64,000 bases of DNA from Schizochytrium sp. TIO01 (Eukaryota > Protista > Bigyra: Labyrinthulomycetes): assembly GCA_004764695.1 (NCBI GenBank), contig SMSO01000032.1:2046001-2110000 (forward strand). Direction: 5' to 3'. This document shows, one piece after another, positions 1-13,297 of the stretch. Below the pieces are notes generated by a model. That model was not told the origin of the DNA. It saw nothing but the letters and a program-made list of their open reading frames with translations, and did no database searches. How positions within the stretch are numbered: position 1 is the first letter of the stretch; each line of letters begins with the position of its first letter. The translations under genes and the position numbers were made by a program.

Positions 1-1510
1 CATTCCTTGTTCACTCGACCCTGCCGATAAAAGTAGTAACCGCAGGTAACATTGACTAGCTGTGTTGGTGCTCTATTCTTGAGACTTTGCTTTATTAAAA
101 TAATCTAACAAAGTTAAACGATTTTCAGGGTGAATTATTCGGAATTGAGCCACGTGTTTTTGTTTTTTTTGGACGTGGATACGAAATTCGCTTAATCTAT
201 TCCTTCATTTTTAAAAATTAAATTGAGACAGTCTTTCTCCCTAGCTTATTCATAAAGTGGAAACCGCCGACAACGAAACCTGCTGACAGGGAGATGATAT
301 TTATGTATTTGTGGTCGGGATTCTGAATTCTTTAAATTGCGGTGTGAACATGTGCGTATTTATGAATTAGTAGAGGTCTTGTAGAGAGAGCCTTATGATG
401 CGCAGATTTCAATCAAGCATATTGAGTTGAGGGTCACACTGAAAAATCTGATTGCTGAAAGGTACAAAGTAAATAAATCATAGGAGTATGTTCGGGCCAT
501 CAGTTGCATTTGTTTTCATCATCGGCAAGATTTAGTTTTTTCATAAATGGAAAGAATTTTTGGTTTGAAATCACTGTAGGTGTTACGTACGCAACTAACT
601 TAAACACGTAACTTTTCTCAAGGATCCGTGAAAACATTTTAGAAGCAGCTACTACACTTGAGTTATAATTTCTAATTAGTACGCACTAAGAAAAAGAAGA
701 AGAAGAAGAAGCTCCTGCGTGGTCTTCAGGCTAGTGCATGGTCTGCGATATTCTTTCGAGAATGTTTACTTATCTACCTTGTCGAAGTAATGTTCAAAAT
801 GATGCAGAGAGCATTATGACCAGCGTTTTCAAAGCTTTATATTTAAAGTCAGAATAGCATAATTAGTCTCAAATCAAATTGGACTTTAGGACAAGTTTAC
901 TTTTTTAAACGTTTTGCTCTCCTTTTCATTTTTATTCTTTAAAAAAAAAGCCATCTTCATTCAACAGAGTAAATAAAAATGTATTAAAATACAGTATTTA
1001 TTTTCAAAAGCTTTCCCCGTTTCAATATTTTAAAATGTTTTAATTATTATTTTTAAAAGAGCGAAATGCGATTAAAATACGTTTATGTTCAAAATATAAA
1101 ATTCATTTTCAAGTGTTTTATTAATATGGTTAATTTTTAATTAAAATTCTAAAATCAAGAACTTGAAGGTTGTATTAAAAAAAGTATAGATATATATATT
1201 TCATGTTATAATATATAAAGTGAGCAAAAAAATATGTTTAAGCAACAAAGGACAAGTGAAGTTGTAGGTCTGAAAAGTGCAAAACTCAGAATGAAAGAAA
1301 AGAAAGAAGCGACATCGCCTTTCGCAAACAACGGCTTAGGGTAACTGTGCATCTTTAATTAAGTAAGAAAGTATGCAGGAAAGTACGAAAGAAAGTATCA
1401 ACCAAGGGCCCCAAAACGAGAAGAAGCGAAAGCGAAAGCGAAAGCGAAAGAGCCTCTGAGCCATCAGCCTTAGCTTCTTTCCAAAGTCCTAAGGATGAAT
1501 CGGTCGGCCA

Positions 1511-1580
1511 GTTAGTTAGTTATTTAGTTATTTGGTTGGTTAGTTAATTAGTTAATTAGTTAATTAGTTAATTAGCTAGC

Positions 1581-1630
<50 letters not shown>

Positions 1631-1722
1631 ATTAGATAGTTTGTTAGTTAGTTAATTAGTTAGTTAGTTAATTAGTTAGTTAGTTAATTAGTTAGTTAGT
1701 TAGTTAGTTAGTTAGTTGGTTA
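1511..1722. repeat. Imperfect (GTTA)n / (TAAC)n microsatellite
   Basis: About 210 bp of gttagttagtta... with occasional ATTA/GCTA variants, seen directly. Confidence 0.95.
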
Positions 1723-1813
1723 GGTGCCCACCAGCATTACAAGTGAATATCATCAGCCAGACGCATCTGACTCACCCACTTCGCATGAGAGAACTATTCG
1801 CACTCTCGCTGTG

Positions 1814-1844
<31 letters not shown>

Positions 1845-2344
1845 TCTTTCAGTTGGCAACAATTGAAGGAAAAGAAGATGGCCCCATCTTCCCATGTGGT
1901 TAAATATATGTACATGCATATATATACATTACTTGTCTATCGCATGCTGTCATTATTATAAGGAATCAATCATATACTAAGAAAGCTCATACTACTACTA
2001 TGGTAAGTTATATTACAGAAAATGTAAATGGAAATATTGATTTAAAAGAAGGAGAAGGAGAAGAAGAGCAGGACACGAGAAAGCAAATCAACGAAGTGTC
2101 TCATCCAGCAAGAGTGAAAGAGCTAACTAATGACTAGAGCAACTTGAAACCTGAGATTCAAGTTGTCGCAGTGCGCATTCAATAATCGCCGGTTTGAGTT
2201 TGGACGCGCCAACTGCGTATCCAACATCTGCTTTTCCAGGTCCTTCCAGTCAAGCCATCCTGTATACTTTTCTTCAGTATGAAGAGGAGGAGAAAGGAAC
2301 TACTCTCGAGAAATAAACAGACTTCGTTCAATCAAAAGCAAAAT

Positions 2345-2640
2345 AAACAAACAAACAAACAAACAAACAAACAAACAAACAAACAAACAAACAAACAAAC
2401 AAACAAACAAACAAACAAACAAACAAACAAACAAACAAACAAACAAACAAACAAACAAACAAACAAACAAACAAACAAACAAACAAACAAACAAACAAAC
2501 AAACAAACAAACAAACAAACAAACAAACAAACAAACAAACAAACAAACAAACAAACAAACAAACAAACAAACAAACAAACAAACAAACAAACAAACAAAC
2601 AAACAAACAAACAAACAAACAAACAATCAAACAAACAAAC
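2345..2640. repeat. (AAAC)n microsatellite, ~74 units
   Basis: Near-perfect AAAC run with one AATC interruption near 2625; explains the QTNK and FVCL ORFs in the track. Confidence 0.98.
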
Positions 2641-5600
2641 CACAGTGCTTCCTCTGTACATCACTCAAATGAGAGAAATGGACCAAAGGCTCCGTCTAAG
2701 CACTCATCAACGGCCTCCACTGCCGATAGTCCACCTGAGGCGAACTTTTTCACCGCCGCCTCACGAGCAGTCACTCAGATTCTTCGCCACCCTCATCGAT
2801 CGGCGCTTCTTCGCTGAGCAGTTGATTGGTTCGCCCATTCTTTCATGGACAGGCAGCTCAGCCTTTTTACCTACTACTACCTACTAAGCAAGCAGGTAGT
2901 TTCAAGAAGCTGGGAACGACAATAACACGTGGAACATACAGAACATTCAGAACCTCAAGAGACCAGCACCCCTCTCTCCTCAGAGAACGATTAACACCTA
3001 GTGGGAAAGTATCGATAGGCAGTGTAAGTAAGTATTTAGCTACCCTAGCTGGAGACGCTTGCTTACTCTGAGAGAGAGAGAAAAAGAGCGAAAGAAGAAT
3101 GTAATTGCTCGCAGTGACCACTTCGCGGCGCTTCTTCGCCCACACTGCTTTCCCGATCGATATCTGTAGTTTGTTGAAGGGTTTCGAAGTTTAGTAGATG
3201 AATGACAGCAGGTCGAGCTGCTAGGTATCGCCTAAGTGTGTCTAGCACCTCACTGCTACACAGCAGTAGGTAGGTAGTAGCCACCTAGGAACAGGGTGAG
3301 AACAGAACGAAGGGTGCTGTAGGTAATGCCCACTGTTATCAGCCAGCTAGCGCTTACTATACGAAGTCGCAAGTGAGCATCTTAGAGGCTGAAAGAGTTA
3401 ATAAGATATCGCTAACTAAGGTGGTAGTGCCTCTGGAGGCCTCTTCATTCATTCATTCGTTCATTCATTCATTCATTCCTTCAAGTTCGTTCTTTCGTTC
3501 GTTCGTTCATTCATGCTAGCTAGCTAGAGATTCGGTCGTTGCTTTGGAGGAGACAGGACAGACTGTCCCACTGCCAATGTCGCTACCCACCCGGCCGATG
3601 CTGCCCAGCTCTGAGGCCCGGCGCAGGCACCAAGAACGGAGCAGACTTCCGCGGGTAGCTAGCTCGAGGTCCACTTGGATCTGAGCTCGCGGCCACTCGG
3701 CTCGAGTCCAACCCCCCTCTGAACCACGCCTGCTTCGGTAGGAACCTCCTCCTCTCCTCTTCTTCTTCTCCTTCTTATTGTTCTTGTTGTTCTTGTTGTT
3801 CTTGATGTTCTTGATGTTCTTGTGTCAAACTTGAAGTTGGAAAAGACGTGGTAGAGAATTGAGAAAGAAAGAAGGAAAGAAAGAAAGAAGGAGAGGGAAG
3901 GAGGGAGGAGGTGCTGCGCTCGACTTCGAAGCAAGCCCAAACAAGCCGTGGACTGCATTTGTGGACTATCGCATTGGCTCTCTTGCCAGAGTTGAATTCT
4001 TTCGTTCCCGGCTCAGGCCAACGACCTGATTCGTGTGATGATGATGATGATGATGCTCATGGAGTTTTCGTTTGACGGAACTCGAAGAGCTGAGACCAGG
4101 CAGGCAGGCAGGCAGGCAGGCGACTTCTTGAGGGTAGGCAGGGAACTAAGTCAACGTTCAAGGTTTCTTAGAAGAGAGGCAGAAAGAAGCATGAGCTCTC
4201 TCTGTGTGTCTGTGTGTCTCGCTCTTTCTTGATTGCTTCATTTTCTCGCGAGCAGTAGTGAAACCATTCATATAGACATGGATGGGAGGGAAATTCATGA
4301 GTCGGTTTCCTGTTTCCAATGCGTCGCAGACGATTTTCTTTCTTTCTTTTTTTTTGGTTTGTTTTCTTCTTTCTTTCTTTCTTTCTTTCTTTCGAGTTTC
4401 TTCACTTCACGGCAGACTGAGCAAAGTCGCCGCTGATTCGAGCTGTGGCCCCTCAGTAGAACTCACACAAGGGGGCTGCACATGCGAAAGCTGCGTGGCA
4501 GAGGCCGCCACTTGAATTGCAGGTGTGTCGTCAGAGGTACACCACCCAATGCCGTATTCCTTTCTTCCCCCCCCACCCCCCTTTTTTCTTTCGTGTATAG
4601 TATTTTTGAAACAAATGGAATGAATTAGTGTAGAGTTAAAGAACTTGAAAAGAGGAATGGCTTCGGGTGAATTTTAAGATGCTTAGTTTCATTTTATAAA
4701 AGTAAAATCAGATGCTGCTATCTACCTATGTAGGTACTACAACGCATTCTTGTTTATGAGCAAACTCTTGCAAAAGCAAGTCGATAAATTTTACTGGAGC
4801 CATCTCAAAAAGGTACAGGCTGAGTTTTTGTCGTTTAAAAAACAAAACAAAACGTGGGTTAAACACTCAAGTCAAAACAATCACTCAATACTATAGTAGA
4901 TATTTAGTTACCATGGATGGTTGTTTTGCAAAGCTACTATTCAAGACACACAAGCTTCACAAAAAGATGATTTTGATTAAATATTAGTGTTATGTTATGT
5001 TATGTTATGTTATTTTTTATTTTTTGAGCGCCTGCACAAAAAGTGGATAAGAGAAGAAGCTTTGCAGGTCAAACAAGCTCTTTGATGAACAACTTGAGAG
5101 GCCACAATGAATTTATTTGTCCCGCATCTTTTTGAAATCTTTCAAGCTGGCTGACGTTGTTGTTTAATATCGTCAGGGTCTCCTTTTCTGGCCTTGGCTT
5201 CAGAACTAGGTAGGTAGAAAGTAATATGAGGAAGATTTAAAAGAGCACGAATATTATTCAATTAAAACCTGTTTTCTAAATAAAGAGATCTCAGTGGACT
5301 CTATTCTAAGCCAAGTGGCCGGTGTGGATTCTTCTGCAATAAATAATAAATACTATTAGGTGGACAAGAACTGCCACTTTTATGTAGATTGCTACTAGTG
5401 CAAACTATACCCACACTTTGCAGAAAACAAATATCATAGAAAGAAATAAAGAAAAAAGACATACAAACCAAACACTCCAGCCTTTTAAATTTAACCTTTG
5501 AAATTTAAACAAAAAACAAAAAACAAAAAACCGTAAATCAAGATTTTCCAATGGAAATAATCTGATTTTTAGTTCCGCGTATATTAGCAGTTGAAAGAAG

Positions 5601-6630
5601 AAGAAGATAGACAGACAAACAGGTACATACATAGATAGGTACATAGACTGCATGCCTGCGTGACAGAAAAAGAGTTGACTGCATAGGTGTAGGTAGATTC
5701 ATGGCGAGCAATGCGTCTTATTTGCATCTCCACTATCCAATCACCTCGCTTTTCCGCAGCAAGCTTTGAACAAATCGACAGACTGACTGAGTGACAGGCC
5801 ACTTGTCTACCAGATCGAGTAGGGACCATATAGGAGTTCCACTAGGAGTTTTTTGTTTTGTTTCTTTCTCTCTCTTTGTCCTTCGCTTACCTTGTACAAC
5901 TCTGAAAGGGCCTGAAGGAGGCGCATTCACGTTGCATTGCAAAATTCCGTTGAGTTTTCAAAAGTTGTTCATGCTGGAGATAAAGTCAAACCTCAAAGTC
6001 GAAGTGACTGAAGTAAATAGATGCCGCCTCAAACCACAAGAAGGGCCCATTACTTAACGGGGCACACGTCGTTCACAGCAAAGCCACCCGTTCAAGATGA
6101 ACTGAAGTCAATTAATTGATTAATTATGCTTCTTCGAAGGGTCCTCTGAGTCGAACCTGTTCCTGCTCCTTCAAGTTGTTCCTCCTCGCTCAGCGCATGA
6201 ATAAAGCGTCAACTCGGCTCGGCTCATGCAAGCAATCCAAGCAATCCACGCTCCAAATTCAACTCGTTGACAGCTCAGCCCTTACGTGCAGATCAGATTA
6301 AACAAAGGCCCGTTGCTCATCATCTGCTGCACGCTTTGCGGGTTTTTCGCCGCGGTGAGGGTTTCTGCCTCTGCGCAATTCCCTCACTCAGCAGCCAAGC
6401 ACGTCAGGAAGAGGATCTATCCTTCTTCTGCTCTGCTCTAGGAGGAAGCGGCGTTCATCATTCGGGATGCAGAGAAGACAGAAGAGCGTGGCGCAAGCGA
6501 GTGAGCGGGCGAGCGAGCGAGCAAGCGAGCAAGCAAGCAAGCCACATCAGAAAGCGAGACCAGGAGCGCGAAATTCTCGAGGTAGGTAGATACGTGGATG
6601 ACGCCCATGCTCAAGCTCGCGCTTGAACCT

Positions 6631-6762
6631 CAAAGTATTTATTCATTCATTCATTCACCATTCATTCATTCATTCATTCATTCACCAAAGTATTCATTCA
6701 TTCATTTATTCATTCATTCATTTATTTATTCATTCATTCACCAAAGTATTCATTCATTCATT
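6631..6762. repeat. Compound (ATTC)n repeat with a 55-56 bp higher-order unit
   Basis: CAAAGTATT recurs at 6631, 6686 and 6742, separated by ATTC runs. Confidence 0.85.
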
Positions 6763-7504
6763 CGCTCAACTGACTATCTTCCCAGGCAGGCAGGTAACTA
6801 ACTTATTAACCCTGCGGACGTACTCATTCGCTTCTTGCTGCCCTGTACGGAGAGAGAACTCGCGAGAAGAAGTTCTCACGCGCGACGCGTTTATTAAGTG
6901 ATGATGACCTCGAAGTCGAAGGGCGCTCTGCTTCAAGGGTAGCTTAGCCCTTCTTAGGACCGCTCGCTATACAGGTAACACTAGCACTACCTCCTCCGGA
7001 CTAAGGAGTTGTGTCGTTGTTGTCTCTCCGTCTGACTCAGTCACAAACTGACTAACAGGCTACTCACCACGGACAGTTGCAGAGGAACATGCATGTTCTT
7101 CTTGTTGAGCTTGGCGCCTGGACTATATATAACACGTCGCATCGCCGTGCGATGAGCCTGGCCTCATCTGCCGTGCATGCGTTCTCTCGTTCTCTCGATT
7201 ATGAGGGGAACGGAACTTCGTTTCTGTGATTGCGGCCTGAAAAAGAAGTGCATATAGCCAATTACAAGGAACCAAGACGACCGGTATTTCACTACATCCC
7301 GAGAAACATTTAAAAGGGAGACTTAACAGGCATCCTAGGGGAATCAATAGAAACCTGATATTCTCATCTCTCAGCGAGTAGGATTTACCTATGAAAAGCT
7401 GGAATAACGAGAATGACAGGCACCCGTGCATTCTTAGCGAACCTGCGCCCAAGCATGAGACACGTAGCATTTGATATGTGATGTATATATATGTAGATAG
7501 ATAG

Positions 7505-7505
<1 letters not shown>

Positions 7506-7535
<30 letters not shown>

Positions 7536-7680
7536 TGTATGTATGTATGTATGTATGTATGTATGTATGTATGTATGTATGTATGTATGTATGTATGTAT
7601 GTATGTATGTATGTATGTATGTATGTATGTATGTATGTATGTATGTATGTATGTATGTATGTATGTATGTATGTATGTAT
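7506..7680. repeat. (TATG)n microsatellite flanked by short (GATA)n
   Basis: Perfect TATG run; explains the IHTY ORFs. Confidence 0.98.
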
Positions 7681-9158
7681 AGATAGATAGATAGATATGT
7701 TGATATGTTGATATGTTGACATATAGAGAGACTGAGAGATAAAGACGAGGGGGGCTTGAGTTAGCTGTATACACGAGCGATTGGGTCTCAAGCTTCACGC
7801 AAGATTGGTGTTTCACTTTTAGGCTTGACTCGAAACTACTCGCCTGCAGTCAGTATCAAGCCGATGTAAGAGAAGAAGTTCATGTATATTCTCTGGTAGA
7901 AACAGCAACCGTATGTTCTTTCTTCGTGAATCCAATTTCTTCACTTATTCTTATTAATGGCACTCCCTTATGAGAGTCATACTACGCGGAAGAAAGAAAG
8001 CAAATAAGCAAGGACATACTAAAATGCCAACCATATGTGATACTTAAAGAGAATGGGAAGCACCACTTGCATGGAGATACCAATGTTTTGCCTTCTGGAA
8101 AGTTGCAAACAATCAGTTGCGAATGAGTCCATACTTTATTTTTGCCAAACTGAATCCCAACTCTTGTTGCTGTGAATAGAGACTTGTCATACATAAGCGC
8201 TTCCCCACCTTCATACATGCCACGCACTCGACATTTAAACTAAGAGATGAACCCCGCATTTCAATGGTCGTGTCGGCTAAATCTGGGCGAGATCCGCTTG
8301 GAACTTTTCAGTTAACCTGTTGCACGACTGAAGTCCCAAAATTGTGGAAGTCGATCGTCGAACTATAGAGTAGATGTCAGGAACCCAAGCCACGCTTCAA
8401 GGCACCCAATGAATAAACAACACGTGAACTACAACATATGCCAGTGGCTGAGATTTTCCAATCAACAACTGAAGCAACAAGTATCACAGATCACCAGTGA
8501 GTTTACCTAAATGCTGGTCTTGATCGAAGTTATACTAATTTAACCTGTGGCATTATAGCATATAAAAACAAAACCCAAATTGCCTTGCGAAAACTCGCAG
8601 ACAATGATGTGCACTAACTTTCTTAAATACATCGCTTAACAACCTGAAATAGTTAGCTTTCAAGATAATGGGCACCTACGGTAGTACTACTTTTATTTCT
8701 CATTTAGTACTAAGTACAACAATCAACAATTAGCGTTCAAACCTAGATACACCATTCTTCCTTTAATCAAAACTACATCGGACGATAGTTAAGAAAGTTT
8801 TGTTCCACTAAAAAAACTTTAAACGTGGAAAATGCATTTTGCCTATCTCTTAAATTAAAATTATTATAGTATAATTAAGTAAAAAACAGGTTTCTGTATT
8901 TTATTTTACTTTTTTTTTTAAAATTAAAATATAAAATATAAATATACGAGAGGAACGAAATAATTTTTATTTGCTCTGCTCAGAAAAAAAAAAAAAAAAA
9001 AGGAATGGAACACAGGCAAGTGCTTCAATCTCAGCCAGATTATCCAACAAAAGAAGCACACTATCGCTACATTTTAGAGGCCAGCCAGCTCGTTGGCTCT
9101 AATCCAGGACCAGTGACGATCATTGAACGCCCCCGCTTTCAACCAATACCTCCTAGCG

Positions 9159-9160
<2 letters not shown>

Positions 9161-9248
<88 letters not shown>
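9161..9248. repeat. (CAAT)22 microsatellite
   Basis: Perfect CAAT run. Confidence 0.97.
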
Positions 9249-9249
<1 letters not shown>

Positions 9250-12200
9250 CCTTGCCCCTCCAAAATGATTCGCGCTAGCCTCGCGCCCCGAATGCTCTCC
9301 TTTTTTACTACAAACTACTAATAAGCTTTCGTTTAATTTTAAAAAAAATACGCTTATTTCCTTCTTTCAATTCCCAAACACTAACTCCCTGCTACAGAGT
9401 TAAGATGCACTGCTGTCAATGCTGTCGCTCCTTCCCTGCTGCTACGCTGCCTGTTTCAAGCTGCCAGCAAGGCCATACAGGCTCCGCGAGAGGGGGCTTT
9501 GCTGCTCCCCAGAGAGTCCCTGGCGGTTTGTTTTCGTAATGCCAAACGGTATTCGCATTTCACGTTTCGAGGCTGACGCCGTCTGTGAAAAGCAGGCCAC
9601 TTCCTTGCTACAGCTGCGCTCTCTCTGAGAAATCCTGACGCTTTTTTTTTCTTTCTTTCTGAGTCTCTGTGGGTTGCCGCGAGGCTGCTTTCCAGACCGA
9701 TTCAGCACCAGCTTCCGTTTCCGACTATGGAGGTATAGCTGGCGATAGCTGACTCCTAGGCGCCTGCGAGATAGAACAACGAAGGAAAGACGGATCTCTG
9801 GAGTGACCGACATAGTGTGATCTACAAATTTGTAACTAAAAAGGAATTTGAAAAGGTTTGTGATCCTTTTCTCTTTCTCTTCTCTTCTTTTCTTTTCTTT
9901 TCTTTTCTTTTCTTTTCTTTTCTTTCTTGTTTTAAAGTAAAACATCTCCTTTTCAAAATTGGCAGCATTTGGTCACTATTTAATTTTAATAGAAAAAACT
10001 ATTTGAGCCTTGCTTGGTCTGAGGCGCTTGCAGAGTTGTCGAGGCAAAAGAATGATCAACCAAAAGAATAAGAATCTCTTCAGATTGGTGACGAGGTTGA
10101 GAATTGTTGGCCGTGGTATTTTGATGAGGTCCTGCTGCACACCCTGCCAATCCTTGATAGAACCTGCTGTGGAGCAGGTTTGGATTAAACCCCCCGCACT
10201 CAAGTGCTGGGTTAGATTGGCAAACGAAAAAAGATAAGCTTCATTTGCATTTGATGGTTTTGGTTTCTTCTTCTATGGGCCTTAGTTTTATTTATCAAAA
10301 AAGGATTTCATTTTGCAGTTAAAAAAACTAAGATTAAATTTGGGAGTAATAATAACTTGACCGTACTAAAATCAAATTTGAAAGAATACTTATTTATTTT
10401 ACATAAATAAATAAAATACACCCTTCTGTTTAAAATGCTTTCTTTTTCTTTTTCTTTTTTCGCAGAAACAATAAAATACAGCGGCGAATTGAGATGAAAG
10501 CGGAACGGTTTGAAAAGATAAATCGGATCCAGTTGCCACTCAGACCGCCCACAAATAAAGAAATGAGAAAGAAAAGTAGAGTTTATGATAGAACCCATTA
10601 CGAGTGCATAACATAAGTAGCAGCTAAGGCTCTTAGTCATGTCCTTGGGGAAACTCCTATTTTCTTTCTCTCCTTTCTTGCCGAGGTATAAAATATAAAA
10701 TTGAAAGCTCACAAACAAAGAGCTAAAAAGCGTTAAAAACCAGTATACCTAAAATTGAATGGTGGCAGAAACATTGAGGCCTCTTTGCTCTTTCGATTGA
10801 ACACTTCGCAACCACCTTAAAACAAAGCCTTCAGGTTTTCTCGTTTCTCTCTCCCCCACTCTTTAGTTATTGCAATACGAAAGTACCTACTTACTAGTTG
10901 TCTGCGCAATTCTCAAGACATTGAGAGTCACCCATTATGGTGCGCAGTTTCTCGAATTGGGCATACTTTTTAAATCTAGTGCTCCGCAATACTTCTATCA
11001 CAAGTAATAGGTGTTCGCATTACTCTTCTGACCGCATGGAGGGGAACAAAGAACCCTAAAGCACTCACTGTACAATTCTTTTTCTTTTTCTTTTTCTTCT
11101 CCTTCAAGTTCTATAATCTATTGGAAGTAAAACAGAAAAAGAACAAATGTTCAAGTTCTTTTCCGATTCGGTGGTCTGTATTCATTTACTCTTTTAGCGG
11201 CTCATACACAGGTCAAGCGCCGAACGATCGATTTGGTCGGTGTTTGATGTGCATTCGCATTCAGGGAGGGCTATCACCACTGTAGATCGATTGGTCAACC
11301 GATGGATGGATTCATTCAGATGGCGATCTGCCACTCGGTATTGTCCACAAACACTCAGGAGAAGCAGAAGCTCTTGGCTTAGCTGGGAGTAGTCAGCAGA
11401 CAGGTGTTACTTTTGCCTCTGTTTCAGGCCACCGAAGGGGCACCATGAGCGCCGCTTCCTGGCCATGGACAACAGAGAGCAAATCTCGTTTCTGCAGTGC
11501 AGTGAATGAATCTTCAGGACTTAGTCACCTGGCTGAGTGAGCGAGTGAGCGAGCGGGTGGGTGGGTGGGTGTGTGGGTGTGTGGAGTGAGCAGGGTTCCC
11601 GATCCCTTTTTCGAGGCGCTTTTTCCGTATCGTCGCCGCCGTCTTTGTTGATTGAATTGGAATGTAATTACTTAAGCACATTTGCCGATGGTGAAGTTGA
11701 TTCGCCTGTTGGATATTCGACTGGGTAGGTATTTGGAAATGGATAATCTCCATAACGACGCCCTGAAGAATTGAATAAGTGCCACGAAGTACTCTCAGAG
11801 CCGTCTGTGGGGAGGCGGTCCGACTGCTAGTATTATCCTTAAACTTCTGCGATCGTCCTTCAAAGCCTCCGGGTTCCTGATGCTGGGTTCCTACCATCAT
11901 TTTCATTGCCGTCATCAGCGCCATCGTTACCGAAGTAGAGCAGAGTAGGTGATATGCGTCAGCATCATGGCAGCACCTGGTAAATTCAACACCGTGATGA
12001 TCACTCTAAAGCAGCAGTTTGTGCTTGCAAGGCTGCCGTCGCCATGTACGAGCCGGTACGATGTAGCAATGAAGCATCCAAGCACATTTGAACCCAAAGG
12101 GAGCCGAAGTTCGACAAGAGATGAATCAGCGAATGAATGAATGCACAAACTGTCGCCAGGTATGCTGAAGAGTGGATGGTTGTGCTGAAGTCGATTGTGG

Positions 12201-13249
12201 AGCAAGCCTTGGAGGGCCACTGCGCAAGTCCACACGGATGCCTTGAATGTCTTGTCCTGCCAAGACACTGTTGTGAACGTAGGTCTCACAGCCTTAGGTA
12301 ATGTCCGCCAGGTTGTTCTCGTCTTGGTGCCAAGAGATTTATTATTTATCCAGCACTTCACCGTGGTCGCTGGCCAGCAGGCTCTGGACTTCCTCGGCAT
12401 CACAGCCTGGAAACCCGAGGTCTTCTTGTGAGTCAGCGCAAGTATCGAAGCGCAAGGGCTTCAGTTCTCTCTTTGACACCCGTGCAGCCCGTCCGAAGCT
12501 CGAGCTGACGACTATTCTGATTTGAATTTCCAGCCAGCTCCATTCCATTTCTTTGTTGTTCATTTGTGCGCTTCGACACGTCTGCACGAGCTGCTGGTGC
12601 TAGTGCTGGTGCTGGGCTCGCTCTGGTGGTGGGTTCAGGGCCTAGGGCTGCGACAACGGCTCACTGGCCATGGATGCCATTGACTCTGAATCCGGGGACC
12701 GCCATGCACCAACCTAGCGAGCCAGGTGCCTTGGCATTACTTTGCCTTCTGGCCCTGGCAGTTCATGATGCGAGCTGAGACAAGCAGAGAACTGACTTGA
12801 GGGGTTTGTTTCTGCTGCCGATGAGTTTCCGTTTGCTCGCTGCCTCGCCACGTCCTTATGCAGGACAGTTCCTCGCCGCGCTGAGACCTGGAGGGCGTTC
12901 TCCAGGCGTTTTGAAGGAATGAATGCATTCCATGGCGAGGAAGAACTTGAACAAGATGAATTTGAACTCTTGCTTTAGAAGGTCCCGAATATGGCGAGAA
13001 CCAATCATGGCTGGCTTACAGAGCAAGCACGCCCCTTGCCCTTCAGTTGCACGCCCCGCCAGTCGATCATCACGCTCGTGCGAGTTTCCCGTTTGCGGTC
13101 ACATCCTTCGAATATCTAGGCGCCCGAAACATGCCCTGTGTAAAGCATGAGCGCTGCCTAGATCGCCAAAGTACGTTTGGAACAGCTGAAAAGGACATTC
13201 CTTCATTTGCCCACAGTCCTTTCCACGATTCAGATCACTATATGACACC

Positions 13250-13250
<1 letters not shown>

Positions 13251-13287
<37 letters not shown>

Positions 13288-13297
13288 TAGTAGTAGT
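13251..13297. repeat. (GTA)n microsatellite
   Basis: gtagtagta... with one GTG variant. Confidence 0.9.

Noticed and set aside
1511-1722. (GTTA)n as telomeric repeat or branch-point array
   Set aside because: Not a G-rich TTAGG(G)-type repeat and internal in position; it behaves like the other tetranucleotide microsatellites
2279-2887. 202-aa QTNK-repeat ORF and antisense FVCL ORFs
   Set aside because: Artefacts of the stop-free (AAAC)n microsatellite
3745-3910. Pyrimidine tract followed by purine tract as a long hairpin
   Set aside because: Complementarity comes only from low-complexity CT/GA tracts
6631-6762. Regularly spaced CAAAGTATT repeats as a CRISPR-like array
   Set aside because: The spacers are themselves ATTC repeats, there are only three units, the context is eukaryotic and no cas genes are present
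7123-7816. IHTY-repeat ORFs
   Set aside because: Translation of the (TATG)n microsatellite
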